A DNA stretch of 64,000 nt from an uncultured Chloroflexia bacterium (GTDB taxonomy: Bacteria > Chloroflexota > Dehalococcoidia > DSTF01 > WHTK01), in the NCBI GenBank assembly GCA_963732945.1, contig CAVTBL010000017.1, positions 257,944 through 321,943 on the forward strand, read 5' to 3'. This document shows, one piece after another, positions 39,747-50,003 of this stretch. Each line of letters starts with the position of its first letter. The stretch's first letter is position 1. The notes beneath the pieces are model-generated. The model did no database searches, had not been told where the DNA came from, and was given only the letters and a program-made list of their open reading frames with translations. A program made the translations under genes and the position numbers.

Positions 39747-40031
39747 ATGCTGCAAGTTTCCGACCCGGCCCTCGATCTTCTCAAGGACGCCCTGATTTCC
39801 GAACGTACTCAGGACGGCGATGTTTTCAAGCTCAACCTGCGCGACGACACGTTCGTACTCAACATGGAGCAGCCCGCGGACAACGACGTGCGTTACGACC
39901 TCGACGGCATGACTGTGCTGGCCGCGTCGCCGGAGATCGCCGGCTCGCTGCTAGGCGAGACGACAATCGACCTCGAAACGACTCAGGAAGGTCCGCGCCT
40001 GGTCATTCTCGCCGACCAGCCCGAGCAGTAG
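39747..40031 (+). CDS. Cysteine-less HesB/IscA-like small protein
   Basis: AGGAG RBS; MLQVSDPA..PADNDVRYDLDG..L..TTID pattern; contains no Cys. Confidence 0.6.
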   Translation: MLQVSDPALDLLKDALISERTQDGDVFKLNLRDDTFVLNMEQPADNDVRYDLDGMTVLAASPEIAGSLLGETTIDLETTQEGPRLVILADQPEQ

Positions 40032-40069
40032 CCAGGATGACGCCCGCGCGCTGCTAAGGCGGTCCCCGG

Positions 40070-40627
40070 CTAAGTAGCCTGGACCGGCAGAACGTCCCCG
40101 TCTGCGGCGGCGGGCACCTCGAAGGCGTTGACGACCCCCGCGAGCATGCCGTAGTAGCCGACCACCGTCGTCATCTCGATCAGCCACTGCTGGCCGTAGC
40201 GCTTGAGCAGCGCATCGAACACCGGCTGCTCGACGCGATTCTTCTGGACGAGCTGGCGGACGTAGGTCACGATCTCGGCCTCGTGCGGCTGCAGCGTCTC
40301 GACGCCGCGACGCTCCTTGACCACGGCGATCGCCTCTTCGCGCAGCCCGGCACGCCGTCCGGCCGCGACCTGGGCGGCCCAGACGTAGAGGCAGTCCTTC
40401 TCGCGCGCGCCGGTGATGATCGCCAGCTCTTTCTCGGGCGACTGCACGACCGAGTGGTAGCGGAAGTAGTTGCCCAGCTCCAGGGCCGGCTCGTCCGCCT
40501 CCGGGCTGTGCAGCAGGATGCTATGCGGTCCGCGCAGCCCGCCGAACACCTCGAGCACCGCATCGACGACGTGCTGATGCTCCGGCGCCACCTGAGACTT
40601 GTCGGAAATCGGTTCGATTCGCGGCAC
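40070..40627 (-). CDS. Carboxymuconolactone decarboxylase/AhpD-like protein
   Basis: GGAGGG RBS; GP..LLHSPE, KELAII..ARE..YVWAA, VGYYGML. Confidence 0.85.
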   Translation of the reverse strand: MPRIEPISDKSQVAPEHQHVVDAVLEVFGGLRGPHSILLHSPEADEPALELGNYFRYHSVVQSPEKELAIITGAREKDCLYVWAAQVAAGRRAGLREEAIAVVKERRGVETLQPHEAEIVTYVRQLVQKNRVEQPVFDALLKRYGQQWLIEMTTVVGYYGMLAGVVNAFEVPAAADGDVLPVQAT

Positions 40628-40924
40628 TGACGACCCTCCCGCAGTGAATATGTGCGCCGCAACTCTACGCGCGACGACGCGGGGGTGGCAATCGCTACCT
40701 TTCAGCGTCGAGACTGACTGCGAACCTCTCCCTCGCAGCCGCGCGTCCCTCTCCTTGCGAGGCGAGGGACTGTGGACGCTCGGCACCACTACGCGAACGG
40801 GCATCGCGAAACCAGGTCACAGCCGTCGTTGCGAGGAGCCGGGGCGACGAAGCAATCCCGGTGCCTCCTCACTACGGCTCGCTTTTCACCAAGGCGGGCC
40901 GTCGGCGTTTGCCAGGAGCTTGCC

Positions 40925-41073
40925 GTGGTCTACCGCCAAAAACGCCGACATGCGGAGCGTCCTGATGGACAGAATCGGTCGGCCTGGACGGATGAATCCT
41001 GTCCTGCGATACAAGCGCACGCCCTCGAGGCCAAGATCAGCCCGCCGAAGCCTCTCGCGAGCGCGATCAGGAA
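40925..41073 (-). repeat. Composite repeat, diverged copy, supplying the MarR stop codon
   Basis: TCC-TGA-TCGCGCTCGCGAGAGGCTTCG ... CAGGATTCATC ... GGCGGTAG. Confidence 0.7.
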
Positions 41074-41675
41074 AGAAGGCCGGTGAGATGGACGCGTAGC
41101 TTGAACAGCAGCTGCTTGAGCTCGACCTTCTCGTTCTGCGAGAGGGCCTCCACCGACGTGTCCATGAACTGCACCATCGCCGGTACCATCTGGTCGCACT
41201 TCGCCACGCCGGACTCTGTAAGACGCGCGTAGGTGATGCGGCGGTTCTCGCGGTTGATCACGCGCTCGACCAGCCCGTCGCGCTCGAGAGCGTCCAGGAG
41301 CTGCGTAACGTTGGGCGGCGACGTGCCCATCTCGCGCGCTACCTGGTTCTGCGGCAGTTTCTTCTCGGGCGAGAAGTAGAGAGCGCGCAGCAACGAGTAG
41401 CGTGCCGGGTTGATGTCGAAGTTCAGCGTAAGGAAACGCGTTACCGCCTGCTGCATGAGCAGACCCGTGTTCACAACGAAGATGTGCGACCCGATGCTGT
41501 CGACGTCTGCTTCGCCGTACGCGGCGTGATAGCGCTCGATGCGCCGCAGCACCGCGTCCGGGCCGGGGCTCTCCTGCGGCTCGTCCTTGGACGTCCGGCG
41601 CCCGGTGCGACTCTGCGTCGCGACGGGCTTTGCGTCCTTGTCATCCTGCGACGTCTTTTTGCCAGCAATAGCCAT
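41067..41675 (-). CDS. MarR family transcriptional regulator
   Basis: ARYSLLRAL, NVTQLLDALERDGLVER..NRR..LTESG. Confidence 0.9.
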   Translation of the reverse strand: MAIAGKKTSQDDKDAKPVATQSRTGRRTSKDEPQESPGPDAVLRRIERYHAAYGEADVDSIGSHIFVVNTGLLMQQAVTRFLTLNFDINPARYSLLRALYFSPEKKLPQNQVAREMGTSPPNVTQLLDALERDGLVERVINRENRRITYARLTESGVAKCDQMVPAMVQFMDTSVEALSQNEKVELKQLLFKLRVHLTGLLS

Positions 41676-41766
41676 CGATCTTGCTCCAACGGCCCGCGGT
41701 TTTACGAAGGCCAGTTATCAGTATAGGCCTTTAACACCTTACGTCCGTCCTTTGCGAGCCGTTGTT

Positions 41767-42606
41767 TCAGCTATTTGTGCGCCATGTCACGAGAATCATG
41801 CGCGCATCGCCGCTCGACCTGAGGCGGAAGCCGCCCGCGACCTGCTCGAACAGGTCCTCGAAGCGTGCGTCGATCCTGGCGCCGGCCACGGCCTTTTCGG
41901 CCTCACCGCCGCTGGCGCCGGCTGTGACAGCGCGCACGGCTTCTTCTTGCGTGGCGTAAACGCCGCCGAGCGACGAGGCGCGCGCCTCGTTGAGCACACG
42001 CACGTCCGGGACGATGCCCATCTCCCAGAGCACCGGCAGCAGCTGACGATAGCCCGGCACGAGCGCGAGCGGCCGGTCGTGCTGCAGCTCGTAAAGGCCG
42101 GCGCTCTGGTTGGGCGGTGGCGTCACGGACATGGCGACGATCACGCGCTCGCGGCTGGCGTCGATGAGCTTCTGGAGGAAGGGCACGATGTCGCGCACGA
42201 AGTAGGTAACGTTGACGACCAGCGAGACGTCGCCGCTGAGGCCGGCCGCGTCCTCCCAGCTGGCGCCGATCCAGCGCGCGTTGTCGATGCCGGCCCGCCT
42301 GGCCTCGGCCTCGAAGGCCTCGCCCATGCCCTTCGCCGGCTCGATGTTGATAACTTCGCGGCAATGCAGCGCAATCGGCAGGCCGAAGCGGCCGGCGCCG
42401 CCACCGACGTCGAGCACGACGTCATCGGGCCGGATGTATTCGAGGATAACTTTGAGGTTGGCGTCGGGCTCGCGGCGCGGGTCGGCGACGAAGCGCCCGG
42501 CGGCGCGGGTCCAGCGCTCGGGGCCGCTGTCGCCGCCGATACGCGCCCGTTGCACCTCGATGGCGTCGACCATGGCCGCGTAAGCTCGAGCAGGCTCCTC
42601 GTTCAT
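41767..42606 (-). CDS. Class I SAM-dependent methyltransferase
   Basis: VLDVGGGAGR, NIEP..M. Confidence 0.88.
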   Translation of the reverse strand: MNEEPARAYAAMVDAIEVQRARIGGDSGPERWTRAAGRFVADPRREPDANLKVILEYIRPDDVVLDVGGGAGRFGLPIALHCREVINIEPAKGMGEAFEAEARRAGIDNARWIGASWEDAAGLSGDVSLVVNVTYFVRDIVPFLQKLIDASRERVIVAMSVTPPPNQSAGLYELQHDRPLALVPGYRQLLPVLWEMGIVPDVRVLNEARASSLGGVYATQEEAVRAVTAGASGGEAEKAVAGARIDARFEDLFEQVAGGFRLRSSGDARMILVTWRTNS

Positions 42607-43069
42607 CGCTCTTTCCTTTTCTGATCGTGCTGTCGCAAGAGACTCAACAAAGGTGCGACAGAACACGTGCTGCCGTCTAGATAGTGCGACCATGCGTTTC
42701 TATGCGCGCAGCGATCCCTTACACGTCTCACAGGGTGTCTTGCCCGCGGCTCTGCCACGACCGCCTCGCTCCGGGGACAGGGTAAGGGGTGAATAACGCT
42801 GCCAACCATCACGACGTCACCTGCGCCCATCCAGCAGGTCTCCCGTCCTCGCCTCGCTCACCCTCGCTCGCGAATAGCCGTCAGGGGCTTCACGTATCCC
42901 GCTAGGCAGGTGTGGGAGAAACGAGATTTCATATTTCTAAATAAGTCTCCGACTCTGATCAAATCTTCACAATCCTTTGCAAAGACCTGTTGATCGAACG
43001 CGAAGGCGAATCTAAAATCTCTCTATTCTCTGGTTTCGCTGAGAGATTTCTGTACCATTTGGAGGGAAG

Positions 43070-44173
43070 ATGCTGGAGGCAGTTCCCGGTCTCGACGACC
43101 TGCGTGTCTACGCCTGGGATATTGCTTCATTTTCACCGGCCAGCCTCCTCGCCCTCGAAGCCGAAATTGCGTCGCTCCTCGGTTGGAGCGATGTTTTCCC
43201 CATCGTCACCTGTCAGCGTTACGAGGTCGTGTGCCTCGACGAGCCACCATGTCTCTCGGCGCCGCGCACCTACCGAGGCATGGAGGCCGTGCGCCATATC
43301 GCGCGCCTTGCCTCCGGCATCGAGTCGCTGGTGCTCGGCGAGCCCGAGATCCTCGGCCAAGTACGCAGCGCCTTCACGTCGGCGCCATCGCAGGTGCGGC
43401 ACCTGGTCGCGCCCGCGATCAGCGCCTCGCGCGCCCTGCGACGCGAGGTCGACTTCGCGCGACACGCCGGTCACAGCCTCGACCTTGCACTCGACCATGC
43501 AGGTCTCGAACCGAAGGGCACGCTGCTTACCCTGGGCGGCGGACCCATGGGCCGTCGCATCGCCGATCGCGCCGCGCAGCTCGGTTTCGACGTAACACTG
43601 GTCGCGCGCCGGCCGCCTCCGCTGCCGCCGGGCGTGGACTACCAGCCGTTTAGCATGCTGGCCGAGCTCGAGGCTGCGGACGTTGTGGTTGCCTGCCTCG
43701 GCGCCTCCGCACCGCAGCTCGGCGCCGGTGACCTGCCGCCGGTGCGCCGTCTTGCAGTCGACCTCGGTACGCCGCGCAATCTCAAACACGGCATCGAGGC
43801 GCCGATTGTGACGCTCTCGGACCTTGTCGAAGCCCATCGCAAAGCGCCGCTCGACGCCGAGCAGCGAGTCGAGCTGAGCGACCGCCTCGACGATATGCTC
43901 TCGACCCGTCTGGCGATGGCGCGCTCCGGCTCGCCGCTGGGCTCGCTACGCAGCGAGGTCGAGCGTATCCGCATGCGCGAGCTGACGCGTTCGCTGCGGT
44001 TGCACCCGGAGCTGCCTGCCGAGACCCTCGACACGATCACGCGCTCCCTGGTCAACCAGATCTTCCATCGCCCCAGCCAGCGCCTGCGTCAGAGCGAAGA
44101 CGAGGAGCTGGCCGCCGCGTTTGCCGCCCTGTTCCAACCCCACAGCCAGGAGGAGCCGCATGACAACCTCTAG
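43070..44173 (+). CDS. hemA: Glutamyl-tRNA reductase (divergent N-terminus)
   Basis: TCQRYE (catalytic Cys), ASGIESLVLGEPEILGQVR, GGGPMG, DLGTPRN, SLVNQIFHRP. Confidence 0.88.
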   Translation: MLEAVPGLDDLRVYAWDIASFSPASLLALEAEIASLLGWSDVFPIVTCQRYEVVCLDEPPCLSAPRTYRGMEAVRHIARLASGIESLVLGEPEILGQVRSAFTSAPSQVRHLVAPAISASRALRREVDFARHAGHSLDLALDHAGLEPKGTLLTLGGGPMGRRIADRAAQLGFDVTLVARRPPPLPPGVDYQPFSMLAELEAADVVVACLGASAPQLGAGDLPPVRRLAVDLGTPRNLKHGIEAPIVTLSDLVEAHRKAPLDAEQRVELSDRLDDMLSTRLAMARSGSPLGSLRSEVERIRMRELTRSLRLHPELPAETLDTITRSLVNQIFHRPSQRLRQSEDEELAAAFAALFQPHSQEEPHDNL

Positions 44174-45296
44174 CCCTCCCATCGACCTCGCCGATCCCGT
44201 CAACGCCGCCATACTCGCCGTCTCGGAGGACCGCCTTGCGGGCTTCCGAGACGACCCGTTCGCGGACATCGCGGCGCAGTCCGGCATCGACCTCGACACG
44301 GTAATCGAGCGCGTACGGGCGATGCTCGAAGCGCGCACGATTCGCCGCGTGCGGCAGACGGTGCAGGCCACGAAGCTCGCGGCCGGCGCGCTGGTCGCCT
44401 GGCGCGTCGATGCTTCGAAGCTGGACGCAGCCTTCGAGTACATGGTCCACGACGACCCGTTCTCCGGCCACGTAGTGCTGCGATCCACCGATGCCAGCGC
44501 CGCCGGCCACGACTACCGCCTGTGGACGACCATCAAGGTGCCGCAGGGCTTCTCGCTGGCGAAGCACTGCGAGTATCTGCGAAGGTGGGTCGGCGCCGAA
44601 GCGTTCCATGCCATGCCGGCGAAGCGTCTGTTCGTGCTCGGCGTCGGGCACCTGCGGCGCCGCACGATCGAGCCCGGTGCGCGGTCCGACGCGGCAGCCG
44701 AAACGATCACGACCGACGTGGTGACGCTGACCCCGCGCCAGTGGGCCGTGCTCGCAGCCGTGAAGCGGGAGCTCGAACCGGATGAGATCATGCGCGACGT
44801 CTGGTCGGCGCGCGCTGCCGAAGCCAGTCTCGACCTCGCTGACTTCGTGGCGGAGGCGCGCAGTCTGGAGGCGCTCGGCCTCATGGGACGCTTCTCGACC
44901 TTCCTCGAGCATGTGAAGCCTCTGAGCAGCGGCGAGCTGGTGACGCGCTACAACGCGCTGTTCCACTGGTCCGTACCCGTCGGGCGCGAGATCGAGGCGG
45001 GACGCGAGATCGGGCGCCACCTCATCCTTACGCACGCCTACTGGCGCGAAGGCGGGCCGGCGTTCGGCAACGTCAACGTCATGGCCGTGGCGCACGGCCT
45101 CGACAAGCAGCTACTGCTCGACCACAAGCGCGCCATCGACGAGCACCTCGCCGCCATCGACATGCCGGTGTCCTACACCAACGTGTTCTGGGGCGGCCGC
45201 AGCGAAATCAAACCGTCAGAGGTCATGCCGGACGCCTACGTGGCCTGGTGCCGCAGCGCCGGCATCGACCCGGAGACGATGAGGGAGCAAGCCTGA
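44160..45296 (+). CDS. Fused siroheme decarboxylase AhbA/AhbB (NirDL-type, Lrp/AsnC-like)
   Basis: Two HTH plus AsnC-like repeats; [20 protein letters not shown] and [21 protein letters not shown]; AGGAG RBS overlapping the hemA end. Confidence 0.78.
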   Translation: MTTSSPPIDLADPVNAAILAVSEDRLAGFRDDPFADIAAQSGIDLDTVIERVRAMLEARTIRRVRQTVQATKLAAGALVAWRVDASKLDAAFEYMVHDDPFSGHVVLRSTDASAAGHDYRLWTTIKVPQGFSLAKHCEYLRRWVGAEAFHAMPAKRLFVLGVGHLRRRTIEPGARSDAAAETITTDVVTLTPRQWAVLAAVKRELEPDEIMRDVWSARAAEASLDLADFVAEARSLEALGLMGRFSTFLEHVKPLSSGELVTRYNALFHWSVPVGREIEAGREIGRHLILTHAYWREGGPAFGNVNVMAVAHGLDKQLLLDHKRAIDEHLAAIDMPVSYTNVFWGGRSEIKPSEVMPDAYVAWCRSAGIDPETMREQA

Positions 45297-46303
45297 TGCA
45301 ATACAGAACGATTCGCGGTACCGGCATCGAGGTCTCGACTGTCGGCTTCGGCGTCTGGACCGTCGGCACGACCTGGTGGGGCGTCAGGGAGCGCGACGAC
45401 GGCATCGCCCTGCTGCGACGCGCCTTCGACCGCGGCATCACGTTCTACGACACCGCCGACACATACGACAGCGGCAACGCCGAGACGATCCTCCATGAAG
45501 CCCTCGGCGACCGCCGCGACCAGATCGTCATCGCCACCAAGTTTGGCTACGACATCTACAACAACCCGGAGTCGCCGAACCAGCGCGAGCGTCCGCACGA
45601 CTGGTCGCCGGCCTACATGCGCAAGGCGCTGGAGAACTCGCTGCGGCGTCTTGGCACCGATCACATCGACTTGTATCAGCTGCACAACCCGCGCATCGAC
45701 GCGATCGAGAACGACGAGCTCTGGCACGAGCTGGAGCGCGCTCGGAGCGAGGGCCTGATCCGGGCCGTCGGCGTGGCGCTCGGTCCGGCCATCGACAACC
45801 GCCAGATCGATGAGGCCGTCGCGGCGATCCGTCTGCGCGGCGCGACGCCCCAGATCATTTACAACCTGCTCGAGCAGCAGCTCGGGCGCGGCGTCTTCGC
45901 GGTCGCGGACGCGGAGGACGCATCGGTGCTGGTGCGCGTGCCGCACTCTTCCGGCCTGCTCGACGGCAGCGTGCGCAGCGAGACCGAGTTCGCGCCCGGC
46001 GACCACCGCAACTGGCGCGTGACCAGCAATGAGAAGCGCCGCGCCTGGCTCGAAGACGGCCTGCGCAAGGTCGAACGCCTCGACCCCCTGATCAGCGACC
46101 GTAGCATCGGCCGGCTCGCGATCCAGTTCATCCTGCACCACGACTGCATCGCCTCGATCCTGCCGAACATCTACGACACCGAGGGCCTCGACGACTTCAC
46201 AGCCTTCGACTCGGCGCCGCCGCTGACCCACGCCGAGTACGATGAGATCCAGGCGCTGTACGAGCGCAACTTCGACCTCGAGCCCGCCGGGACGGGAGGC
46301 TAA
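45296..46303 (+). CDS. Aldo/keto reductase
   Basis: [30 protein letters not shown]; TGATG coupling with the upstream gene. Confidence 0.93.
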   Translation: MQYRTIRGTGIEVSTVGFGVWTVGTTWWGVRERDDGIALLRRAFDRGITFYDTADTYDSGNAETILHEALGDRRDQIVIATKFGYDIYNNPESPNQRERPHDWSPAYMRKALENSLRRLGTDHIDLYQLHNPRIDAIENDELWHELERARSEGLIRAVGVALGPAIDNRQIDEAVAAIRLRGATPQIIYNLLEQQLGRGVFAVADAEDASVLVRVPHSSGLLDGSVRSETEFAPGDHRNWRVTSNEKRRAWLEDGLRKVERLDPLISDRSIGRLAIQFILHHDCIASILPNIYDTEGLDDFTAFDSAPPLTHAEYDEIQALYERNFDLEPAGTGG

Positions 46304-46306
46304 CCA

Positions 46307-47099
46307 ATGAGCGAGCACCAGGAATCGGCGCCGGCAGCAGCGCAGCGGGCCGCCGCGCCGCATGGTCGACCTCGACCCCAGCGGTCAGGTCGGCGGCCGC
46401 GAGCCGGACCAGGCGACGCGTCAGTTCCTCGGCTACGTGTTCTACAAGCTCGACCCGGCGTTCAAGCGCCTGCCCCCGGAGCAGCGCCGCGAGGCCGGCG
46501 AGGAGTTCGTCGAGCTGTGCCGGCGCTGGTCGGAGCGCAACGACTTCATCCTGCGCACCTACTCGCTGGTGGGCCTGCGCGCCGACTGCGATTTCATGCT
46601 GTGGCGCATCGCCAACGACGTCTGCCTGTTTCAGGAGATGCAGGCCGAGATCAACGCCACCTGCCTCGGCGCCTACCTCAACACCGCCTACAGCTTCCTG
46701 GCGCTGCAGAAGCGCTCGCAGTACGTCAACCGCATCGAGGGTTCCGGTCACGGTCTCGAGATGCTGCCGGGACAGGGCAGCTACCTTTTCGTCTACCCGT
46801 TCGTGAAAACGCGGGCCTGGTACGCGCTGACGCCGCACGCGCGCCAGGGCATGATGGACGAGCACATCAACGCCTCAATGCCGTTCAAGGGCGTGCGGAT
46901 CAACACGAGCTACAGCTACGGCATCGACGACCAGGAGTTCGTCGTCTCGTTCGACTCCGACTACCCGCAGGAGTTCGTCGACCTCGTCGGACGACTGCGC
47001 CACACCGAGGCCAGCCTCTACACCCTGCGCGACACGCCGATGTTTACCTGCGCCAGGACGGAGCCGCCGCAGATCATGCGCCAGCTCGCGGTTCTGTAG
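46307..47099 (+). CDS. Chlorite dismutase family protein, probable coproheme decarboxylase ChdC/HemQ
   Basis: GLRADCDFMLW, YPFVKTRAWY, MMDEH, SYGIDDQEFVV, RDTPMF. ORF is 46362..47099; the RBS-preceded ATG at 46307 is out of frame. Confidence 0.8.
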
Positions 47100-47213
47100 C
47101 TCAGGTCTCAAAGCAACCGGATTAACCCACACAGCGTTGCGGCGTGAATCCTGGTCGCGTTCGTGCGATGCTGCTGCCGAACTAATGAGTGCAGCAGAAG
47201 CGGAGGCGATGAC

Positions 47214-48077
47214 ATGACGACGCGCAAGTTCAGGTTCGGGATCAGCGGACGCGGCGAGACCATGGCGCAGTGGCAGGACTTCGCGCGCAAGGCCGAAGAC
47301 CTCGGCTACTCGTCGCTCGACCTGCCGGACCATTTCGGGCGCCTGTTCTCGCCCATTCCTGCGCTGGCGGCTGCGGGCCAGGTCACCAAAACGATTCGCT
47401 TCGCGACGACGATGCTGTGCAACGACTTCCGTCATCCCATGATGCTGGCCAAGGAAGCAGCAACGCTCGACGTGCTGACCGACGGGCGCTTCGAGCTCGG
47501 ACTCGGCACCGGCTCGCGTCCGGCCGACAACGAGGAGGCCGGCATGCCGATCGATGCGCCCGGCGTGAAGGTAGAGCGCATCGCCGAGACGGTGCAGGTG
47601 CTGAAGCAGTACTTCGGCGACGCCGAGCGGGTCGATTTCGCCGGCAAGCACTACCAGATCAAGGGCCTCGAAGCGTACCCGAAGCCGGTGCAGACGCCGA
47701 TGCCGATCATGATCGGGGCGCGCGGCAACCGCATGCTGCGCCTGGCTGCGCGCGAGGCGAACATCATCGGCGTCATGGCGGGCGGCGAAGGCCCCGGCAG
47801 CAGCCTCGGCGAAAAGATGGCAGTGATCCGCGAGGCCGCGGGTGACCGCTACGACAGCATTGAGTTCACGCAGCTCGTGTTCAACGTGCAGATCGACGGG
47901 CAGCCGGCGTCCGGACCGGCTGCTCAGCCGCGCGGCGACGGTCTGGTCGGGAGCCGCGATCGGGTAATCGAGCAGCTCGAGAAGCTGCGCGAGGAGTACG
48001 ACGTGTCGTACGTCATGGTCATCGGGCCGGTGATCGACGTGTTCGCGCCGGTTGTCGCGAAGCTTTCGGGGACGTAA
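47214..48077 (+). CDS. LLM-class (probably F420-dependent) oxidoreductase
   Basis: ARKAEDLGY..PDH, NDFRHP..LAKEAATLD..GRFELGLG, PKPVQ. Confidence 0.9.
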   Translation: MTTRKFRFGISGRGETMAQWQDFARKAEDLGYSSLDLPDHFGRLFSPIPALAAAGQVTKTIRFATTMLCNDFRHPMMLAKEAATLDVLTDGRFELGLGTGSRPADNEEAGMPIDAPGVKVERIAETVQVLKQYFGDAERVDFAGKHYQIKGLEAYPKPVQTPMPIMIGARGNRMLRLAAREANIIGVMAGGEGPGSSLGEKMAVIREAAGDRYDSIEFTQLVFNVQIDGQPASGPAAQPRGDGLVGSRDRVIEQLEKLREEYDVSYVMVIGPVIDVFAPVVAKLSGT

Positions 48078-48086
48078 ACCAGCGCC

Positions 48087-48353
48087 ATGAAGATGACGAA
48101 CGACACCTACTGCGTCGTCTTCCAGGGCAAGCGCACAACGGAGCGCTATTACCGCGACAAGGACGGCTGGCTAAAGATCAGCTCTCGCGGACGTGTTTTC
48201 CGCATGACGGCGGAGCAGGTGCTGAACCACCTGCTGCCGGCCCTGGCGTTCGGAGACACCAAAGGCATCGAAGTCGACGTAGAGCACTACGAATCGCCGT
48301 ACTGGCAGAAGCTCACCCACGGCGATGCAGCGGCGCAGGCCGTCGAGGCCTGA
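48087..48353 (+). CDS. Hypothetical protein (88 aa)
   Basis: Starts 9 bp after the LLM stop; typical codon usage. Confidence 0.7.
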   Translation: MKMTNDTYCVVFQGKRTTERYYRDKDGWLKISSRGRVFRMTAEQVLNHLLPALAFGDTKGIEVDVEHYESPYWQKLTHGDAAAQAVEA

Positions 48354-48374
48354 TCGCAAGATTCGAGGCTCTGG

Positions 48375-49737
48375 CTAGACGCCGACGCCTGTGACCGGCG
48401 CGCCGTATTCAACTTTGGGCCAGCGTGCCGCTTCGGTCGCCTGCAGCCAGTTGGCGGAACGCGGCAGGATGACGGAGCCGGAACGAGTGCGGTAGACCTC
48501 CGGGTTGTCGACGCCGGGCGGTGTCGTGCCGTGGTCACGCAGGGCCTTGGCGACGTTAATGGCGCGCCGGCGCGTGCGGATGATCATGGCGTCGGAGGTG
48601 CCAAGGTGCTCGTGCGAGCGCTCGTACACGGCGCCCATGCTCTCGGTGACGGCCTGGTCCTGCTGGAAGATGCCGTTGATGCCGGTGTAGTTGACGCCGG
48701 AGCGCTGAGCCTCGCGGTCGATCTGGTAGTCGTTGCTCGCGTTCTGGGTCAGGCGCCAGCGTCCGAGCCAGCCCGTCGTGAAGGGCTCGTACTGCTGACC
48801 CGGGCCCTGCGTGCCGTTGGAGCCGGCGCCGCCGGGTCGGCCGCTGGCGGCGTTGCGCTCCGAGCCCGCCTGCCCGCCGCGCCCGACGTTGCGAGTGCGT
48901 GGCATCGAGATGTTCCAGAACATGACATGCTCGTCGTCGACGGGCACCCAGGCGCGTACGTGCACCGCGATGCCGAGCGTGCCGGTCGGGATCATCGTGT
49001 AGAAGGGGAAGAGGAAGTTGGCGATACGCCAGTAGTAGGTGTCGGCTTCGGCCGGGCGGTAGGCGCCGTAAGAGGTGCCGAACTCGGTCTCGAGCACGTC
49101 GTACTTCGGGGCGCGGTCCCTGACGCCGTAGTAGTCGAAGCTGCCCGGGACCGCCTCTTCCGGCTTGACGGAGCCGAGGTGGAGGAAGCTGAGGTGGCTG
49201 GTGTCGATGTCGCCTTCGAGGGCCTGCATCCAGTTGCAGTCGCGCAGGATCTTGCTCGCCGCGACCTCGCCGCCGGCCAGCATGTTGACCTCGAGGCGCG
49301 GCAGCTCCGGCGGGGCCTCGCGCGACCCCATGTAGGTCCAGACGATGCCGTTGCGCTCGACGCAGGCGTAGGCGCGGACCCGCACCTTGCCGCGGAAGTT
49401 GCTCTCGGCGGGCTCAGACGGCATGTCGACGCAGGCGCCGGTCGGTGTCGAACTTCCAGCCGTGATAGACGCAGCGCAGCCCTTCCTCCTCGTTGCGTCC
49501 GAAGAACAGCGAGGCGCCGCGGTGCGGACAGGCGTCGGCCACGACGCCGACCTTGCCCGACGTGGCACGAAACGCGATCAGGTTCTCGCCGAGCAGACGC
49601 AGGCGCAGCGGCTCGCTGTCGGGGCCGGGCAGCTCGCTGGACATGAGCGCCGGCAGCCAGTACTGGCGCATGACGTCGCCCATCGGCGTGCCGGGTCCGA
49701 CTCGACAGAGAATCTCGTTGTCGGTGTTGCTGAGCAT
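48375..49737 (-). CDS. Rieske non-heme iron oxygenase alpha subunit (phthalate 4,5-dioxygenase-like), one apparent frameshift near 49445
   Basis: CPHRGASL..CVYHGWKFD joins TGACVDMPSEP in another frame; EGDIDTSHLSFLH; QDQAVTESMG. Confidence 0.9.
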
Positions 49738-50003
49738 GAGATCACCTCGGGCGTGCTAGAAGATTCGCGGCGCGAATCGTGTCGAAGTAAGACGCATCAT
49801 AGCCCGATCGCGGTGCGATGTTAAGGGCTTAAGAGACATTTCGCCAACCTCTCCCCGGGTTCGAGGAGGTTGTTCCGTTGTCCGAATCTCGCCCCTCTCC
49901 CTGCGGGGCGAGGGGCGCAGCTGCGCGGTACGACTCTGCAGACGTATGTCGGCCGGCCTCGCCCATCGCTCCAAACGTCTGTCAGTGCACCGCGCAGGAC
50001 GCC

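Noticed and set aside
49414-49737. Separate Rieske ferredoxin gene or programmed frameshift
   Set aside because: Removing one base restores a standard contiguous oxygenase subunit, and no slippery heptamer is evident.
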